Source: a virus. From it: DNA of 64,000 nt. The first letter of the stretch is position 1. The number at the start of each line of letters is the position of its first letter. The stretch is taken from the IMG/VR virus record IMGVR_UViG_3300006417_000280. One strand, written 5' to 3'. Below the pieces are notes generated by a model, which did not search any database, was not told where the DNA came from, and saw only the letters and a list, made by a program, of their open reading frames with translations. The position numbers and the translations under genes are program-made. Shown piece by piece: positions 10,148 to 20,089 of this stretch.

Positions 10148-10777
10148 CTACACGAACGCTGCTGCAGCATGAACCCACTCGTCTCGGGAACGCGCTGGAA
10201 TCCCGCTCGTGAGGAGCTTGTAGAGGCTTCTGGCGTCAAGGGCGTCCTTGAGGGCCCGGTGTCCTCCTTCCTTCGGCCACCCGAGGAAGTCCCGGATGAC
10301 ATCCAGCTTGAGCAGATCCAGTCCGGCTGGCACCAGGACGGCGTGCGCGAGTGTGGTTGTATCCAGGGAGTGGTAGTCCATGCGAACCGTGGACCCCGTA
10401 CGCTGGATCATGGCCTGGATGAACGAGACATCAAACGGGATATTGTGCCCGCACGGCACCGCGTCCTTGAGGATGACCTGGAGGACCTTGACGACGGATG
10501 CGGCATCCGGTGCATCGGCCCATTCTTCGGGCGTGTAGCCGTTGACCTGCAGAGCCACGGGTGAGGCCACCTCGATGCGTTCCGGCTTGACGCGGGAGGC
10601 GTAGTAGCCGTAGTCGGCCCCTTCCGGGAACGTAAGGTGCGGGATCCGCAGGCGCTCGGCCACGTCCCGGTCGAACACGACAGCCACGTCTAGAATCTCA
10701 TGGGTGGCGGGGTCCAACCCGGAAGTTTCCGTGTCCAAGTAGGCAATCGGCCGCAGGCCCGCTGGAATGAACGCCAT
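10148..10777 (-). CDS. DEDDh 3'-5' exonuclease (DnaQ/epsilon-like)
   Basis: LDTETSGLD, GHNIPFD, LDT, HRALKDA motifs. Confidence 0.9.
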   Translation of the reverse strand: MAFIPAGLRPIAYLDTETSGLDPATHEILDVAVVFDRDVAERLRIPHLTFPEGADYGYYASRVKPERIEVASPVALQVNGYTPEEWADAPDAASVVKVLQVILKDAVPCGHNIPFDVSFIQAMIQRTGSTVRMDYHSLDTTTLAHAVLVPAGLDLLKLDVIRDFLGWPKEGGHRALKDALDARSLYKLLTSGIPARSRDEWVHAAAAFV

Positions 10778-10863
10778 GGGGCACTCCCTTTTTAGGGGGC
10801 CATGCTACCAACCAATAGCCAGCCTATAGCAGCTGCTTAATACCACACCCCTGGAGGTTCACC

Positions 10864-11106
10864 ATGCCCACCCGCTCGTCCACTTCGCAGTACCAGCCGG
10901 CTCCCCCGAACTACGGCAACGGCGGCAAGCAGAACGGCCGGTTCAGCGCAGGCACTTCGGTCGTCACGACCGCTTCGGCGGGTGGGTCCAAGCCCAACAT
11001 GAGCTGTGCCCCGACCACAAACGGCGACCGCATCGCCGGACTGGCTCCGAGCAAGCCCCTCTCGGCGAAGGCGCAGAAGGGCATGAGCGCCCGTCTTAGC
11101 CGCTGA
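10864..11106 (+). CDS. Small hypothetical protein
   Basis: Strong GGAGG RBS; preceded by the class-2 promoter motif. Confidence 0.6.
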   Translation: MPTRSSTSQYQPAPPNYGNGGKQNGRFSAGTSVVTTASAGGSKPNMSCAPTTNGDRIAGLAPSKPLSAKAQKGMSARLSR

Positions 11107-11902
11107 TTCATGCGCTCGGTAGCGTGCTCCCCAATTGAGGTGGGGCATGCTTCTAGAGATTGAAGACCTAGCTGCACGGGCCTTGGCGAAGGCGTGGGGG
11201 GACATCCCCCGTGTCCCATGGATTCGTGTGGCATTTTTTGCTACCCCTGACCCAGTTATGTCAACCACCCGGCTGGACGTGCGGGTGGAGGTGGACGAGC
11301 ATGACGTGACGTGCCGTCTATGGAGGGGGAAGGTGTTTCGGAGAGAGGGGGGGCACATCAAGGGGGGCACCACAATTCCACGCCAGGACCTCATGGCGGA
11401 TGATGCACACCGACTCGTTGCGAACCATGCGTCGAAGACGCTGCGTTTCGCCTCTGGGCTGCTTCGCGAGTACGACCCTAGAATCGGGACCATCGTGAGC
11501 GAGGTGCGGGAATTCCCGCGGGGCGTCCTGTTTGATCCCCCACGCATGCGCCCATTCAAGTCGGACAAGTCGGTGTTGGATGCGATGGATTGCCCGGTGT
11601 GCCATAAAGGATTTGGGGCCGGCTCCCCGGCTATGTGGGCGGGGGGCAACCTGTTGTGGACCCATCCTGCATGCTGGCTTCGGATCCATAGTGACGATTG
11701 AACTTGCCATCGTGGTGTTTCTCGCAGGCTTCGGCTTCGGCACGGGCTTCGGGATCGTCCTGTCAATGATGGCCATGTGGGGCCTGCTTCGCCGACTTGC
11801 GGCGTGGGGTCGGCAACTTCGAGAATCACAGCGAGTAGGTTCAGGGGTCCGCCAGTCCGTGTAGAAGGGGGGCAAACCAACCCCCCTCTCTTCGGAGCCT
11901 TC

Positions 11903-14392
11903 GTGACTACCTTCCGCTTCCCCCTCGTTGACTTCCTCGGCCGCATCAAGTCCTACTTCCTGGTCGAGGGGGAGAACATCTCCGGTGCCCCGACCACGAC
12001 CGTACGCACCCCCGGACACTTCATCTTCGTTGTTGACTGCTCTGGATCGATGTGGGGCCAGATGGACGCCCTCCGCGCCCTCGTCGTCAAGCTCCTCACG
12101 CTGGAGGAGTACCGCGACGCCGACGTGCTCGTGTCCATCCTCTCCTTCTCCTCGGCAGGTGACCTGCGCACCCACGCCAGCCGCGTGAAGATCGGCGACT
12201 TCATGGCTCCGGGATCCAAGGCCCTCGCTGACGTGCAGAGCCTCTCCTGCCGCGGCCTCACCTGCATCTCCCAGGGGCTCAAGGCCGTCCCCGGCCTGCT
12301 CGCCAAGGGCGAGGTCACGGCGGTCACCCTGCTGTCCGATGGCTACGCGAACGATCGCAGCCCGGGCGACGAGAAGCGGGTCATCGACTCCATGGTCATC
12401 GAGCTGGCCAAGAACCCCGACGTGTTCATCAACACGATCAGCCTGGGATCGTGGGCCGACTTCAAGCTTCTCTCCTACATCGCCAACGCCTGTTCCGGCA
12501 CCTGCTTCCAGGCCCCGACCGCGAAGGAGGTCTACGACAACCTCCACGCGACCACGAGCCTCATCGCGGGGCAGGTGTCGCCCGCGCTCACCGTCGAGAT
12601 GAACGGCGCGGACTACGCGGTCTGCATGTCCCGCTCGGGCGGCAAGATCATCGGCGGCTCCGAGAACCTCCTCATTCGTGGCCTCCGGCCCGAGGACGAC
12701 ACCACCGTCTACCGCTTCAAGCAGGTCGAGGAGGCCACCTACAACGCCTCGTCCGCCCCCATCGCCGATGCCAACGAGCGCGGCATCTTCGCCTTCGCCA
12801 GGGCACAGCTCGCCGAGGGCTACGTGAACAAGGCCAAGTACGCCCTGTGCTCCACCCGCAACGAGTCCCTGCTCCTCGTCCACGCCCGCGCCCTGGTCTC
12901 CACCGAGATCGCGGCGATGGCGGCCGACCTCGAGAACGCCGCCCTGCGTGGCGCGGCGGGCACCAAGACCACGACCGCCTACGGGCTCCCGAACGCGGGC
13001 ACCCTGTCGGTGCTCGGCGTCCTCTCCATCCTGGGCGACTACGCCTCGGACATCGAGGTCGACCTTGCCGCGCTGCGGAGCGGCTACCAGAAGCGCGGCG
13101 TCAAGCGCATCGCGGGCGTCCGTCAGGATGACGGCACGGTCGTCACCCCCTGGGTCAAGACCGCCTACCGGGACACGGGCTCGCTCGTGCGCGTGTCGTC
13201 CTTCGACCTCAACCGCAACAACGCCACCGTGAACATGCTCCTGCACCGCAAGGTCGACCTGGTCAAGGCCGACGACGGCACGGTCATCTCCGAGATCGAG
13301 GGCGTGAAGCTGGACCTCACGAGCTTCAACAACTACACCATCGTCGGCGACGGTGCCCTCAACGTCAACCAGCTCTCCATCCGGATCGGCAACAAGCGCC
13401 TCTTCCGCGACCTGGTCAAGGCGGGCGTGCTGTCCGACGGCGAGTTCAACCCGAAGGCCACCTACGACATCGTCCTCGCTGGCCGCCCTCTGATCGCCTA
13501 CGACGCGAGCTTCGCTCCCGACATGCTGGACGGGGTCATCTCCCGGCTCACCAAGCTCAAGGTGCTCGCGAGCATCCTGAGCGCCTCGATGAAGGGCGGG
13601 GCGTCCGAGACCTACACCCCGGAGCAGGTGGCCGAACGGAAGCGCCACTACGTCACGACCGGGGGCAACTTCTCCCCGCCGACCACCAACGAGTACGCCG
13701 ACATCGAGAAGGCCCTGAGCGAGGGCATCATCGACACCCGCATCTCCTACAAGGTGGACATCGGCTCCCCCGACCTGCTCAACCTCAGCGAACTCTACTC
13801 GGCCAACGAATACCTCGCCCGCCGCTTCACGGTGTCCGTGGGCGGTGTCGAGGAGAAGAAGCCGAAGTTCGACATGCGCTGGGATGGCCCGACCTACGGG
13901 ATCAAGCCGGTCAGCGCCCGCACGACCCTGAACACGGTCGACGACATCATGTATCCGATCTTCCTGGACTTCCTGGGCCTCACCCAGAACGGCACCGTGG
14001 AGCGCATCCTCACGGACGCGGGGATCGAGCCCCGCACCGTGACCGCCTTCGTGGCCGCCGTCCAGGGCGCCGGGTCGAAGGACGACCAGATCGAAGCCTT
14101 CTCGGACATGCGCAAGGCCGTCGACGGGGTCATCGAGGACATCTTCCGGGATGCCGTCGCCCCCATGGTGTTCTACATCGGCGCCACCGGCCTCGTGCCC
14201 GACGAGTTCAACGCTCGCGCCCTGACCGCCGAGCAGGTCAAGGAGAAGTACCCCGACCTCTCCATCCCCAAGGCCGCCCTGGACGGCACCTTCTACGTCG
14301 TCGGTCAGGATCCCACCATCCTGTCGGTGTTCATGAAGGCCGAGTACTTCTCGACCGGCAAGGTGCCCTCCACCGTCGAAGAGGCCGCGTAG
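11903..14392 (+). CDS. Large von Willebrand factor A domain protein
   Basis: MIDAS motifs VVDCSGSM, T, LLSDG; strong C/G third-position bias; GTG start after GGAG. Confidence 0.85.
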   Translation: MTTFRFPLVDFLGRIKSYFLVEGENISGAPTTTVRTPGHFIFVVDCSGSMWGQMDALRALVVKLLTLEEYRDADVLVSILSFSSAGDLRTHASRVKIGDFMAPGSKALADVQSLSCRGLTCISQGLKAVPGLLAKGEVTAVTLLSDGYANDRSPGDEKRVIDSMVIELAKNPDVFINTISLGSWADFKLLSYIANACSGTCFQAPTAKEVYDNLHATTSLIAGQVSPALTVEMNGADYAVCMSRSGGKIIGGSENLLIRGLRPEDDTTVYRFKQVEEATYNASSAPIADANERGIFAFARAQLAEGYVNKAKYALCSTRNESLLLVHARALVSTEIAAMAADLENAALRGAAGTKTTTAYGLPNAGTLSVLGVLSILGDYASDIEVDLAALRSGYQKRGVKRIAGVRQDDGTVVTPWVKTAYRDTGSLVRVSSFDLNRNNATVNMLLHRKVDLVKADDGTVISEIEGVKLDLTSFNNYTIVGDGALNVNQLSIRIGNKRLFRDLVKAGVLSDGEFNPKATYDIVLAGRPLIAYDASFAPDMLDGVISRLTKLKVLASILSASMKGGASETYTPEQVAERKRHYVTTGGNFSPPTTNEYADIEKALSEGIIDTRISYKVDIGSPDLLNLSELYSANEYLARRFTVSVGGVEEKKPKFDMRWDGPTYGIKPVSARTTLNTVDDIMYPIFLDFLGLTQNGTVERILTDAGIEPRTVTAFVAAVQGAGSKDDQIEAFSDMRKAVDGVIEDIFRDAVAPMVFYIGATGLVPDEFNARALTAEQVKEKYPDLSIPKAALDGTFYVVGQDPTILSVFMKAEYFSTGKVPSTVEEAA

Positions 14393-14400
14393 GCTCTACC

Positions 14401-14448
14401 GAAGTCTCCCCGACCTCCCCTGCAATGGGGGTCGGGGAGACTTCTCAC
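14401..14448 (+). terminator. Strong hairpin after the VWA gene
   Basis: GAAGTCTCCCCGACC...GGTCGGGGAGACTTC inverted repeat; no long U-tract. Confidence 0.6.
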
Positions 14449-14463
14449 CTTGGGGGGCTAACT

Positions 14464-15050
14464 ATGAATGCCATCCGAGACATCGTGCAGCGCGTGTTTG
14501 GGCCCCTGACCCCGAACACGCACACGTACTACGGCAAGGTCGCTGGAGAGGTTTGAACGTTGGCCATCGCCTGAGTGCGGCCAGGTGTGCAGACTCGCCA
14601 TCAACATCTGCGGCTCCGACCCTGACGATCCCGACGACGACACCCCACCGCATTTCCTGGTGGACTTCTGGTGGGTGCCCTCATGGGACACGTCGTCCAT
14701 GCAGGGCATAGACATCCCGCCGTTAGAGCCCGATGACGGCCGTGTCTACACCACGGAGGAGGAGGCACGCAGAATCCTCGAGTACGCGCAGACGGAGCTG
14801 GAAGCGGAAGTCGATGCCATCGCAAGTTCAGCTTTCGAGTGTGGCGCGTAGATAGGAGGCCCACCCCCGACCAAGGACATCCACCATGAGCCTCCGAGAC
14901 CTAGCCCTTCGCCGACCAGGTGGCCGACTTCGATGAGCAGAACCTGTCAGGGCTCACCGACCGCGTACACGGAGAGCGGGACAAGTTCGTCGACGACCTG
15001 GGGCAGGAAGCCGTGGTCGTCGGGAAAATTGGGAGCCGCGTCCCTCGCTG
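14464..15050 (+). pseudogene. Two adjacent small genes, each apparently frameshifted
   Basis: Starts at 14464 and 14886 stop early, while protein-like sequence continues in the +1 frame to 14851 and 15050. Confidence 0.35.
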
Positions 15051-15110
15051 AACGTTCAGCATCACCAAGCCCCGTGTATACTTCTCACACACCCTTCCCC
15101 GAGTCCTGCA

Positions 15111-15233
15111 ATGCGCACCTCCAACCTCATCGCGTCCGTCTCTCTTGACTGTGCCGTGGTCTCCATGACCAGGCATTAAGTGAGGCAAACCCCCTAGGGA
15201 ATCCACCTTAGGACCTCTCGGCCTCACCGAGAG
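15111..15233 (+). promoter_or_regulatory. 22-aa leader ORF with RBS-sequestering alternative hairpins
   Basis: MRTSNLIASVSLDCAVVSMTRH-TAA; GTGAGGC/GCCTCAC versus CTCTCGG/CCGAGAG. Confidence 0.45.
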
Positions 15234-15239
15234 AGCGAC

Positions 15240-16175
15240 ATGATCTACGGAGACGCCAAGGCCCGGCAGATGGCTCGGTCCATCTTGCCGTCCACCCGAC
15301 GCAAGTCCGCCCGTGACAACCTGCGGGCCATCAAGCAGCGCAACCGCTCGCGTACCCGCCTCGAGCTGCGCCTCCTCAACGAGGACTACGAGCCGAGGGA
15401 CGGGGTCGATCTGACGTACTACCCTATGGGGGAGATCCGCTACGAGGTGCGCGAGCGACGCGAGGCGGACAAGATCAAGCACTTCATGTCCTGGGCTGTC
15501 AAGGTCACCGAGGACATCCCCGAGCCCGATGGGCGACTCGCAAAGATGCGCACCATCCTCCCCGATGGGCTCATCGGTGAACACGCCCTCGACCACCTTC
15601 GGTTCATGGACGAGTTCGACCGACGCACCAGGCTGTACAAGGCCCCGACCGCCGAGGAGATCAAGGCGTGCCGAACCCAGCGACACGAGCGCCGCATCCG
15701 ACTCCTGCAGGAAATCGTGAAGTCTGGATGGGGGCACAAGATGCTCAACCGCCGCATCTCCCACACGACCACCGCCTGGGAGATCCAGAAGACCACGCGC
15801 GTCGTCACCCCCGAGGGCATCACCACCCTCAAGAACAACTGCACGACGGAATTCCACGGCCCCACGGTCGCCCGGAAGCTCGGCGGATTGGGGGACGTGG
15901 AGACCTTCCTCGCTGACCTGTACAGGGCTGCGAACACCCCCGTCGTCAAGGTCGAGCCCTACATGGATCGCACCGAGCGCACGGCCCGCTACCTCTACTT
16001 CAACTCCCTGCAGGTCCGCCACACGTTCATCAACGAGTACGTGCGCACCACGCGAGCCAACCCGGACTACCACCCCGAATGGCTCAAGTCCGTCGATGCC
16101 TTCATCGACGCCTGGGAAACCGCCAAGGGTGATCGTCACACGCTGTCACAGAAATATCGCGATTTCCTGCGCTGA
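15240..16175 (+). CDS. Basic hypothetical protein
   Basis: 311-aa ORF with strong codon bias, Arg-rich. Confidence 0.75.
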   Translation: MIYGDAKARQMARSILPSTRRKSARDNLRAIKQRNRSRTRLELRLLNEDYEPRDGVDLTYYPMGEIRYEVRERREADKIKHFMSWAVKVTEDIPEPDGRLAKMRTILPDGLIGEHALDHLRFMDEFDRRTRLYKAPTAEEIKACRTQRHERRIRLLQEIVKSGWGHKMLNRRISHTTTAWEIQKTTRVVTPEGITTLKNNCTTEFHGPTVARKLGGLGDVETFLADLYRAANTPVVKVEPYMDRTERTARYLYFNSLQVRHTFINEYVRTTRANPDYHPEWLKSVDAFIDAWETAKGDRHTLSQKYRDFLR

Positions 16176-16229
16176 ACCTCTCGATCTTTGGTATTTCTCT
16201 GCACTGCACCAGCGAGAGGGAGCCTGATC

Positions 16230-16460
16230 ATGAAAATCACTGCCGAAGACATCTCCATCCTGCACGCGGCTCTTCTTGTCGTTCTTCAAGGCGACGAGGA
16301 CTTGTGGGATGAACTCACCGTAGATGAGATGGACAGGGCCAATGCTCTGTTTGCCCGACTTGAGGCCAAAGTCCTGGATGATGGCTACGAGGACGACGAT
16401 GGGGTAGAGGACGACGAGGACAGTGACGATGACGACGACGGAGAGGAGTACGACAACTGA
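16230..16460 (+). CDS. Small protein with Asp/Glu-rich tail
   Basis: GGAG RBS; acidic C-terminus. Confidence 0.6.
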   Translation: MKITAEDISILHAALLVVLQGDEDLWDELTVDEMDRANALFARLEAKVLDDGYEDDDGVEDDEDSDDDDDGEEYDN

Positions 16461-17388
16461 CGGATGGCCCACAGGCCAGCGGGTGATGATCACCGGTCAC
16501 CGGGACATCCGCGGGGAACAAGGACACGCCCTCCGTCACGCCCTCATCCGTGTGCTCCAATCCCTCAAGGAACGGGGCACCATCGTAGGCGTGAGCGGAA
16601 TGGCCGTAGGGGCCGACTGCGAGTTCGTAGAGGCATGCATCTACACTGGCGTCCCCTACGTCGCCGCCGTCCCCGTCCCTGACCACGGGTCAGCCTGGCC
16701 CCCGCACGCCCGGGCATTGCATGCCGAGCAGATCCGACGTGCAAGCCTCGTTGTCCACGTGTGGGAAGACCCGGCATACCTGGCTGACAGCTACGCCGCC
16801 AAGATGCACGCACGCAATCGCTGGCTACTCGACCACGTCGCCGCGGAAGACGGCATCGTGATCGCCGCCTGGGATGGCCGACGCTCTGGAGGTACATGGG
16901 CCACCGTCGACGGCGCGCTCAAGCGAGGCCGCAAAGTCCTCGTCATCGACCCGAAGACCTGCCAGCTTCGCATCGAGAAGCCACCACAGAAGCCTGAGCC
17001 GGTGGACATCTGGAAGGACAACCCCTTCGCCCCCGAGGAGTCGCAAGAACGCGCCTTCTGGGATCAAGAGCTGGTATGGAACAGTGTGGACGTGGCCGAC
17101 CGCGGCAGGTACAAGCCGTGCCTATGGCACGACGAGACGTACGAGAGCTTCTTTCCCCGAGAGCATATCGAGCGTTGCCTCCAAGCACCGCTGCCCCCGG
17201 AGCTGCCCAAGCTGAAGAGGACGCTCCGGGATCTCGCCAAGCTCACCACCTTCGCCCCGTCCCCCTTCGGGCTACGCACGAACATGGGCCGCATGAGCGC
17301 CACCCTGGCCGAACACGAAGACCTGGATCGTGAGGACTCTGCCACCCTCATGCAGGCAGTCCCAAAAATAGTTCGTTCAGGACGTTGA
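16423..17388 (+). CDS. SLOG family (YspA/DUF1273-like) protein with C-terminal extension
   Basis: ITGHR, SGMAVGAD, RNRWLLD, WDG..SGGT motifs; start uncertain. Confidence 0.75.
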   Translation: MTMTTTERSTTTDGWPTGQRVMITGHRDIRGEQGHALRHALIRVLQSLKERGTIVGVSGMAVGADCEFVEACIYTGVPYVAAVPVPDHGSAWPPHARALHAEQIRRASLVVHVWEDPAYLADSYAAKMHARNRWLLDHVAAEDGIVIAAWDGRRSGGTWATVDGALKRGRKVLVIDPKTCQLRIEKPPQKPEPVDIWKDNPFAPEESQERAFWDQELVWNSVDVADRGRYKPCLWHDETYESFFPREHIERCLQAPLPPELPKLKRTLRDLAKLTTFAPSPFGLRTNMGRMSATLAEHEDLDREDSATLMQAVPKIVRSGR

Positions 17389-17567
17389 CTTCCTGCGTAG
17401 AGTCGAGTAAGAAGGAAACCATGACCCGCACGTGCCAGAAACCCGCGCTCCAGGACCCCCGAACATCGGGTGCGGTCGTTGGTGCGCGAACGCGCGGGAC
17501 GACAGCCCAACGTAGCTGATTTCTCCTCTCTCCCTCTCGTAGGGAAGGACGGACGAAGATCACTCAT

Positions 17568-17643
17568 TGGGCGGTCGTCTAGCGGCCCAAGGCACGGAGC
17601 TTTGACCTCCGGTACGCAGGTTCAAATCCTGCCCGCCCAGCCA
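17568..17643 (+). tRNA. tRNA-Gln(UUG)
   Basis: TGGGCGG/CCGCCCA acceptor, G73, CCA; anticodon loop CTTTGAC. Confidence 0.9.
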
Positions 17644-17694
17644 TCACCAACCTCTCTCGACCTCGGGACCCTGGAGCTTCCAACTCCTGCAAAT

Positions 17695-17786
17695 GGGTTC
17701 GTGAGCTGAGAGGCCGAAGGCAGCAGACTTTTAATCTGACTCCCCGAGAGGGGACACCGTGGGTTCGAATCCCACCGGACCCACCA
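17695..17786 (+). tRNA. tRNA with Lys(UUU) anticodon and long variable arm
   Basis: GGGTTCG/CGGACCC+A+CCA; loop CTTTTAA; variable stem TCCCC-GAGA-GGGGA. Confidence 0.8.
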
Positions 17787-17799
17787 CCCTCTTTGAAAA

Positions 17800-18294
17800 T
17801 CAGTAGTCCCACTGTTCCGCATGACGGATGGCATGGCAATTAAGACAGAGAAGGACACACTTGTCCAACTCTTGTTTGACCGACTCTGTCAGAATCTTCG
17901 TGCGAGCATTCGAGAGTTGAAAGTCCTTCACCGAAGGATCCAGATGGTGAAACGACATTGCCGCGGGGTGTGGTATCTGATTGCAATCTCCACACTTCCC
18001 CCCCTTGTACTCAATGCACTCTAGTTTGAAGCGGTGTTGTGATACCACCGCCTTCTTTCGTAGACATAGCTTGCACCACTGGTGCGGTGCATTGTTGCGG
18101 TAGCGGTAGTAGCCTTCCTTTGGGATGGTAAGATTGCACTTTAGGCAATAGATGTTCGCTGGCACATCACCCTCAAGAATATCGGGCCCCTTGGCCCGTT
18201 TCCCCTCGAACGGTGAGCAAGTGTAGCAACACATCGGGGGGTTCCCTCGGCGCGACCACTTGAAATCTTCACGACACTGAAGGCAGGTAGCCAT
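17800..18294 (-). CDS. HNH endonuclease inserted in the tRNA cluster
   Basis: CxxC pairs; YKGGKC..C, FHHLDP, KCVLLCLNCH..RH; AT-richer than flanks. Confidence 0.8.
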   Translation of the reverse strand: MATCLQCREDFKWSRRGNPPMCCYTCSPFEGKRAKGPDILEGDVPANIYCLKCNLTIPKEGYYRYRNNAPHQWCKLCLRKKAVVSQHRFKLECIEYKGGKCGDCNQIPHPAAMSFHHLDPSVKDFQLSNARTKILTESVKQELDKCVLLCLNCHAIRHAEQWDY

Positions 18295-18346
18295 GATGTC
18301 CTCCGGGACACCATGTAAAGATTATAGACAGTTGATTTAACCACAC

Positions 18347-18421
18347 GCCCTGTAAGCATAGATAGCGATGTACCGGATTCGTACCCCGGATAGAGCGGCG
18401 CAAGTCCGCTACAGGGCTCCA
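18347..18421 (+). tRNA. tRNA-Thr(CGU), atypical D and T loops
   Basis: GCCCTGT/ACAGGGC+T+CCA; loop TTCGTAC; T-loop CGCAAGT. Confidence 0.7.
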
Positions 18422-18425
18422 TTTT

Positions 18426-18499
18426 GCACCCGAAGCATTGTGGCGATGCACCGTCCTTGTAGCTCGGCGAGCGGGGTTCAATTCCCTGCGGGTGCTCCA
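18426..18499 (+). tRNA. tRNA-Thr(UGU), weak anticodon stem
   Basis: GCACCCG/CGGGTGC+T+CCA; loop CTTGTAG; two mismatches in the anticodon stem. Confidence 0.7.
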
Positions 18500-19198
18500 C
18501 TAGTGAATTGAAACCGCGGACGGGCTCACGTACTATGACTGGATTCGGCGAGTGCCCAGGTAGACCAGGTATCTGGAGGTTCCGGCCCGCGCTTCGAGCA
18601 GCTCCGCGGCGCTTCGATCGGGTGCGCTACCGAGGAGCTTCCCACGGCGGTCGCATCGACTAACCGAGTATGCTTCCCCGCCTTCGACAGGCCCCATGAC
18701 GATCTGGTACTGCTGGAGCCGGTGGTCGTAGATGAGGGCGCCTGTAGGGATGGTTGTGTCCATTGCGGGACTCCTTGTGTGTATGCCTACTACGCACCGG
18801 TGCCGCAACCTGAACCTAAATCCCGAACACGCTCAACCCCCCGGCATCCCCTTCCTCGAGGATGCTGACGGCGTAGCCTCGGACGCGGGCGAGTTCTTCC
18901 GCGCTCTTTTTCCAGGGAGCTTGTCCGTGGTCGACGATGACGAGTCGTCCTCGTGGCTCGTTGCCGAACGCGGCAGCGAGTCGCCGTACGCATTCGGGGA
19001 GGCCCTCGCTGCCTCGGTGCCGCACGGCGGCCACGACTTCGTCGGCCAGGCCGTCCGGGAATGGCTGTCCTTCTTCGACGAGGCAGGTGGGGCGAGTCGC
19101 CTTGTAGGGGTAGGGGCGCTGGCGGCTCAGGATCTTCTCGGTGAGGATGGCGATCTTGGGGTCCATGTCACTCCTTGCCCGATGGGTAACATCGGACC

Positions 19199-19540
19199 AT
19201 GACATCTACCCGCGACGCCGACATCGCCCGCATGCTAAGAGCCAACAGGCTCGTCCATGAGACTCGTTGGGAGGCTGGCTGGTCGCGCGAGCGGTACGTG
19301 CGGGAGAATCTGGCCGAGATCCTGTCAAGCCGGCGGTACTTCGGTCGTGGGAACAAGCGCATCCGCAGGAAGAAGATCAAGGCGTTCCTTCTGGGCCGTG
19401 CGTTTCGGATGCACTTGGCTGTAGCGTTGACGGCCCCGCTTTATAGCAGGCTGAACTACGCTTCGATGGGAAGGCGGATGTTCCTCGTGGAGCCGTTGCC
19501 CGAGCCCACGCTGGGCTACTACGCGCGACCTTTGGCCTAG
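19199..19540 (+). CDS. Basic protein with a C-terminus resembling a major-capsid N-terminal segment
   Basis: LAVALTAPLYSRLNYASMGRRMFLVEPLP; resemblance is from recall and unverified. Confidence 0.55.
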   Translation: MTSTRDADIARMLRANRLVHETRWEAGWSRERYVRENLAEILSSRRYFGRGNKRIRRKKIKAFLLGRAFRMHLAVALTAPLYSRLNYASMGRRMFLVEPLPEPTLGYYARPLA

Positions 19541-19986
19541 TCAGGTTCAGGTTCCCGTAGTACGTGCGTAGGGAGACTACCAACCCCCTGGAGTCTACGC
19601 CCATGCCCCTTCCCATGACCACTGTGACCGTCTACGAGGTCGATAGCGACGACCTCGAATTCTTCATCACCGAGCAGTACCCGAACGCCCGGAAGTTCTT
19701 CTTCGGGGAAGACGGGGGGTGCGGCAACACCCCACCGTCCAGGTACGTGGTCAAGAAGGAAGAGCTTGCTCTGTTCGACCGTGCGAAGGTTGATCGGTTC
19801 GCGTCCGGCGAGTACGAGTTCGACATCACCCGACTTCTCCTCAACGACCTCTGCAACCGGGACCTGATCCCGGAGGGCACCTACATCATCAAGGTGATCT
19901 GGTAGTCGGAAGTGCCCATGGATACTGGCTTTCCCTAACGGTGCCGAAACCCCCCTCGCACGGGGGTTGAACCCCGTGGGCATAGG

Positions 19987-20089
19987 GTCAATCTACCACC
20001 TGAATACCCCGCCGTTCATACGCCCAACTACTAAATGAAGGTCATACCTTCATTTAGTAGTTGGCGAGGTTTGGTAGGCATGCGTTGAC
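19987..20089. ncRNA. Long rod-like hairpin between convergent genes (bidirectional terminator or structured RNA)
   Basis: Perfect 18-bp stem 20024-20064 nested in an outer GTCAA-TCTACCA-CCT / AGG-TGGTAGG-TTGAC pairing. Confidence 0.45.

Noticed and set aside
11318..13648. 776-aa minus-strand ORF and similar long antisense ORFs (32-568, 14901-16139, 37299-38462)
   Set aside because: Shadow frames of codon-biased genes on the opposite strand.
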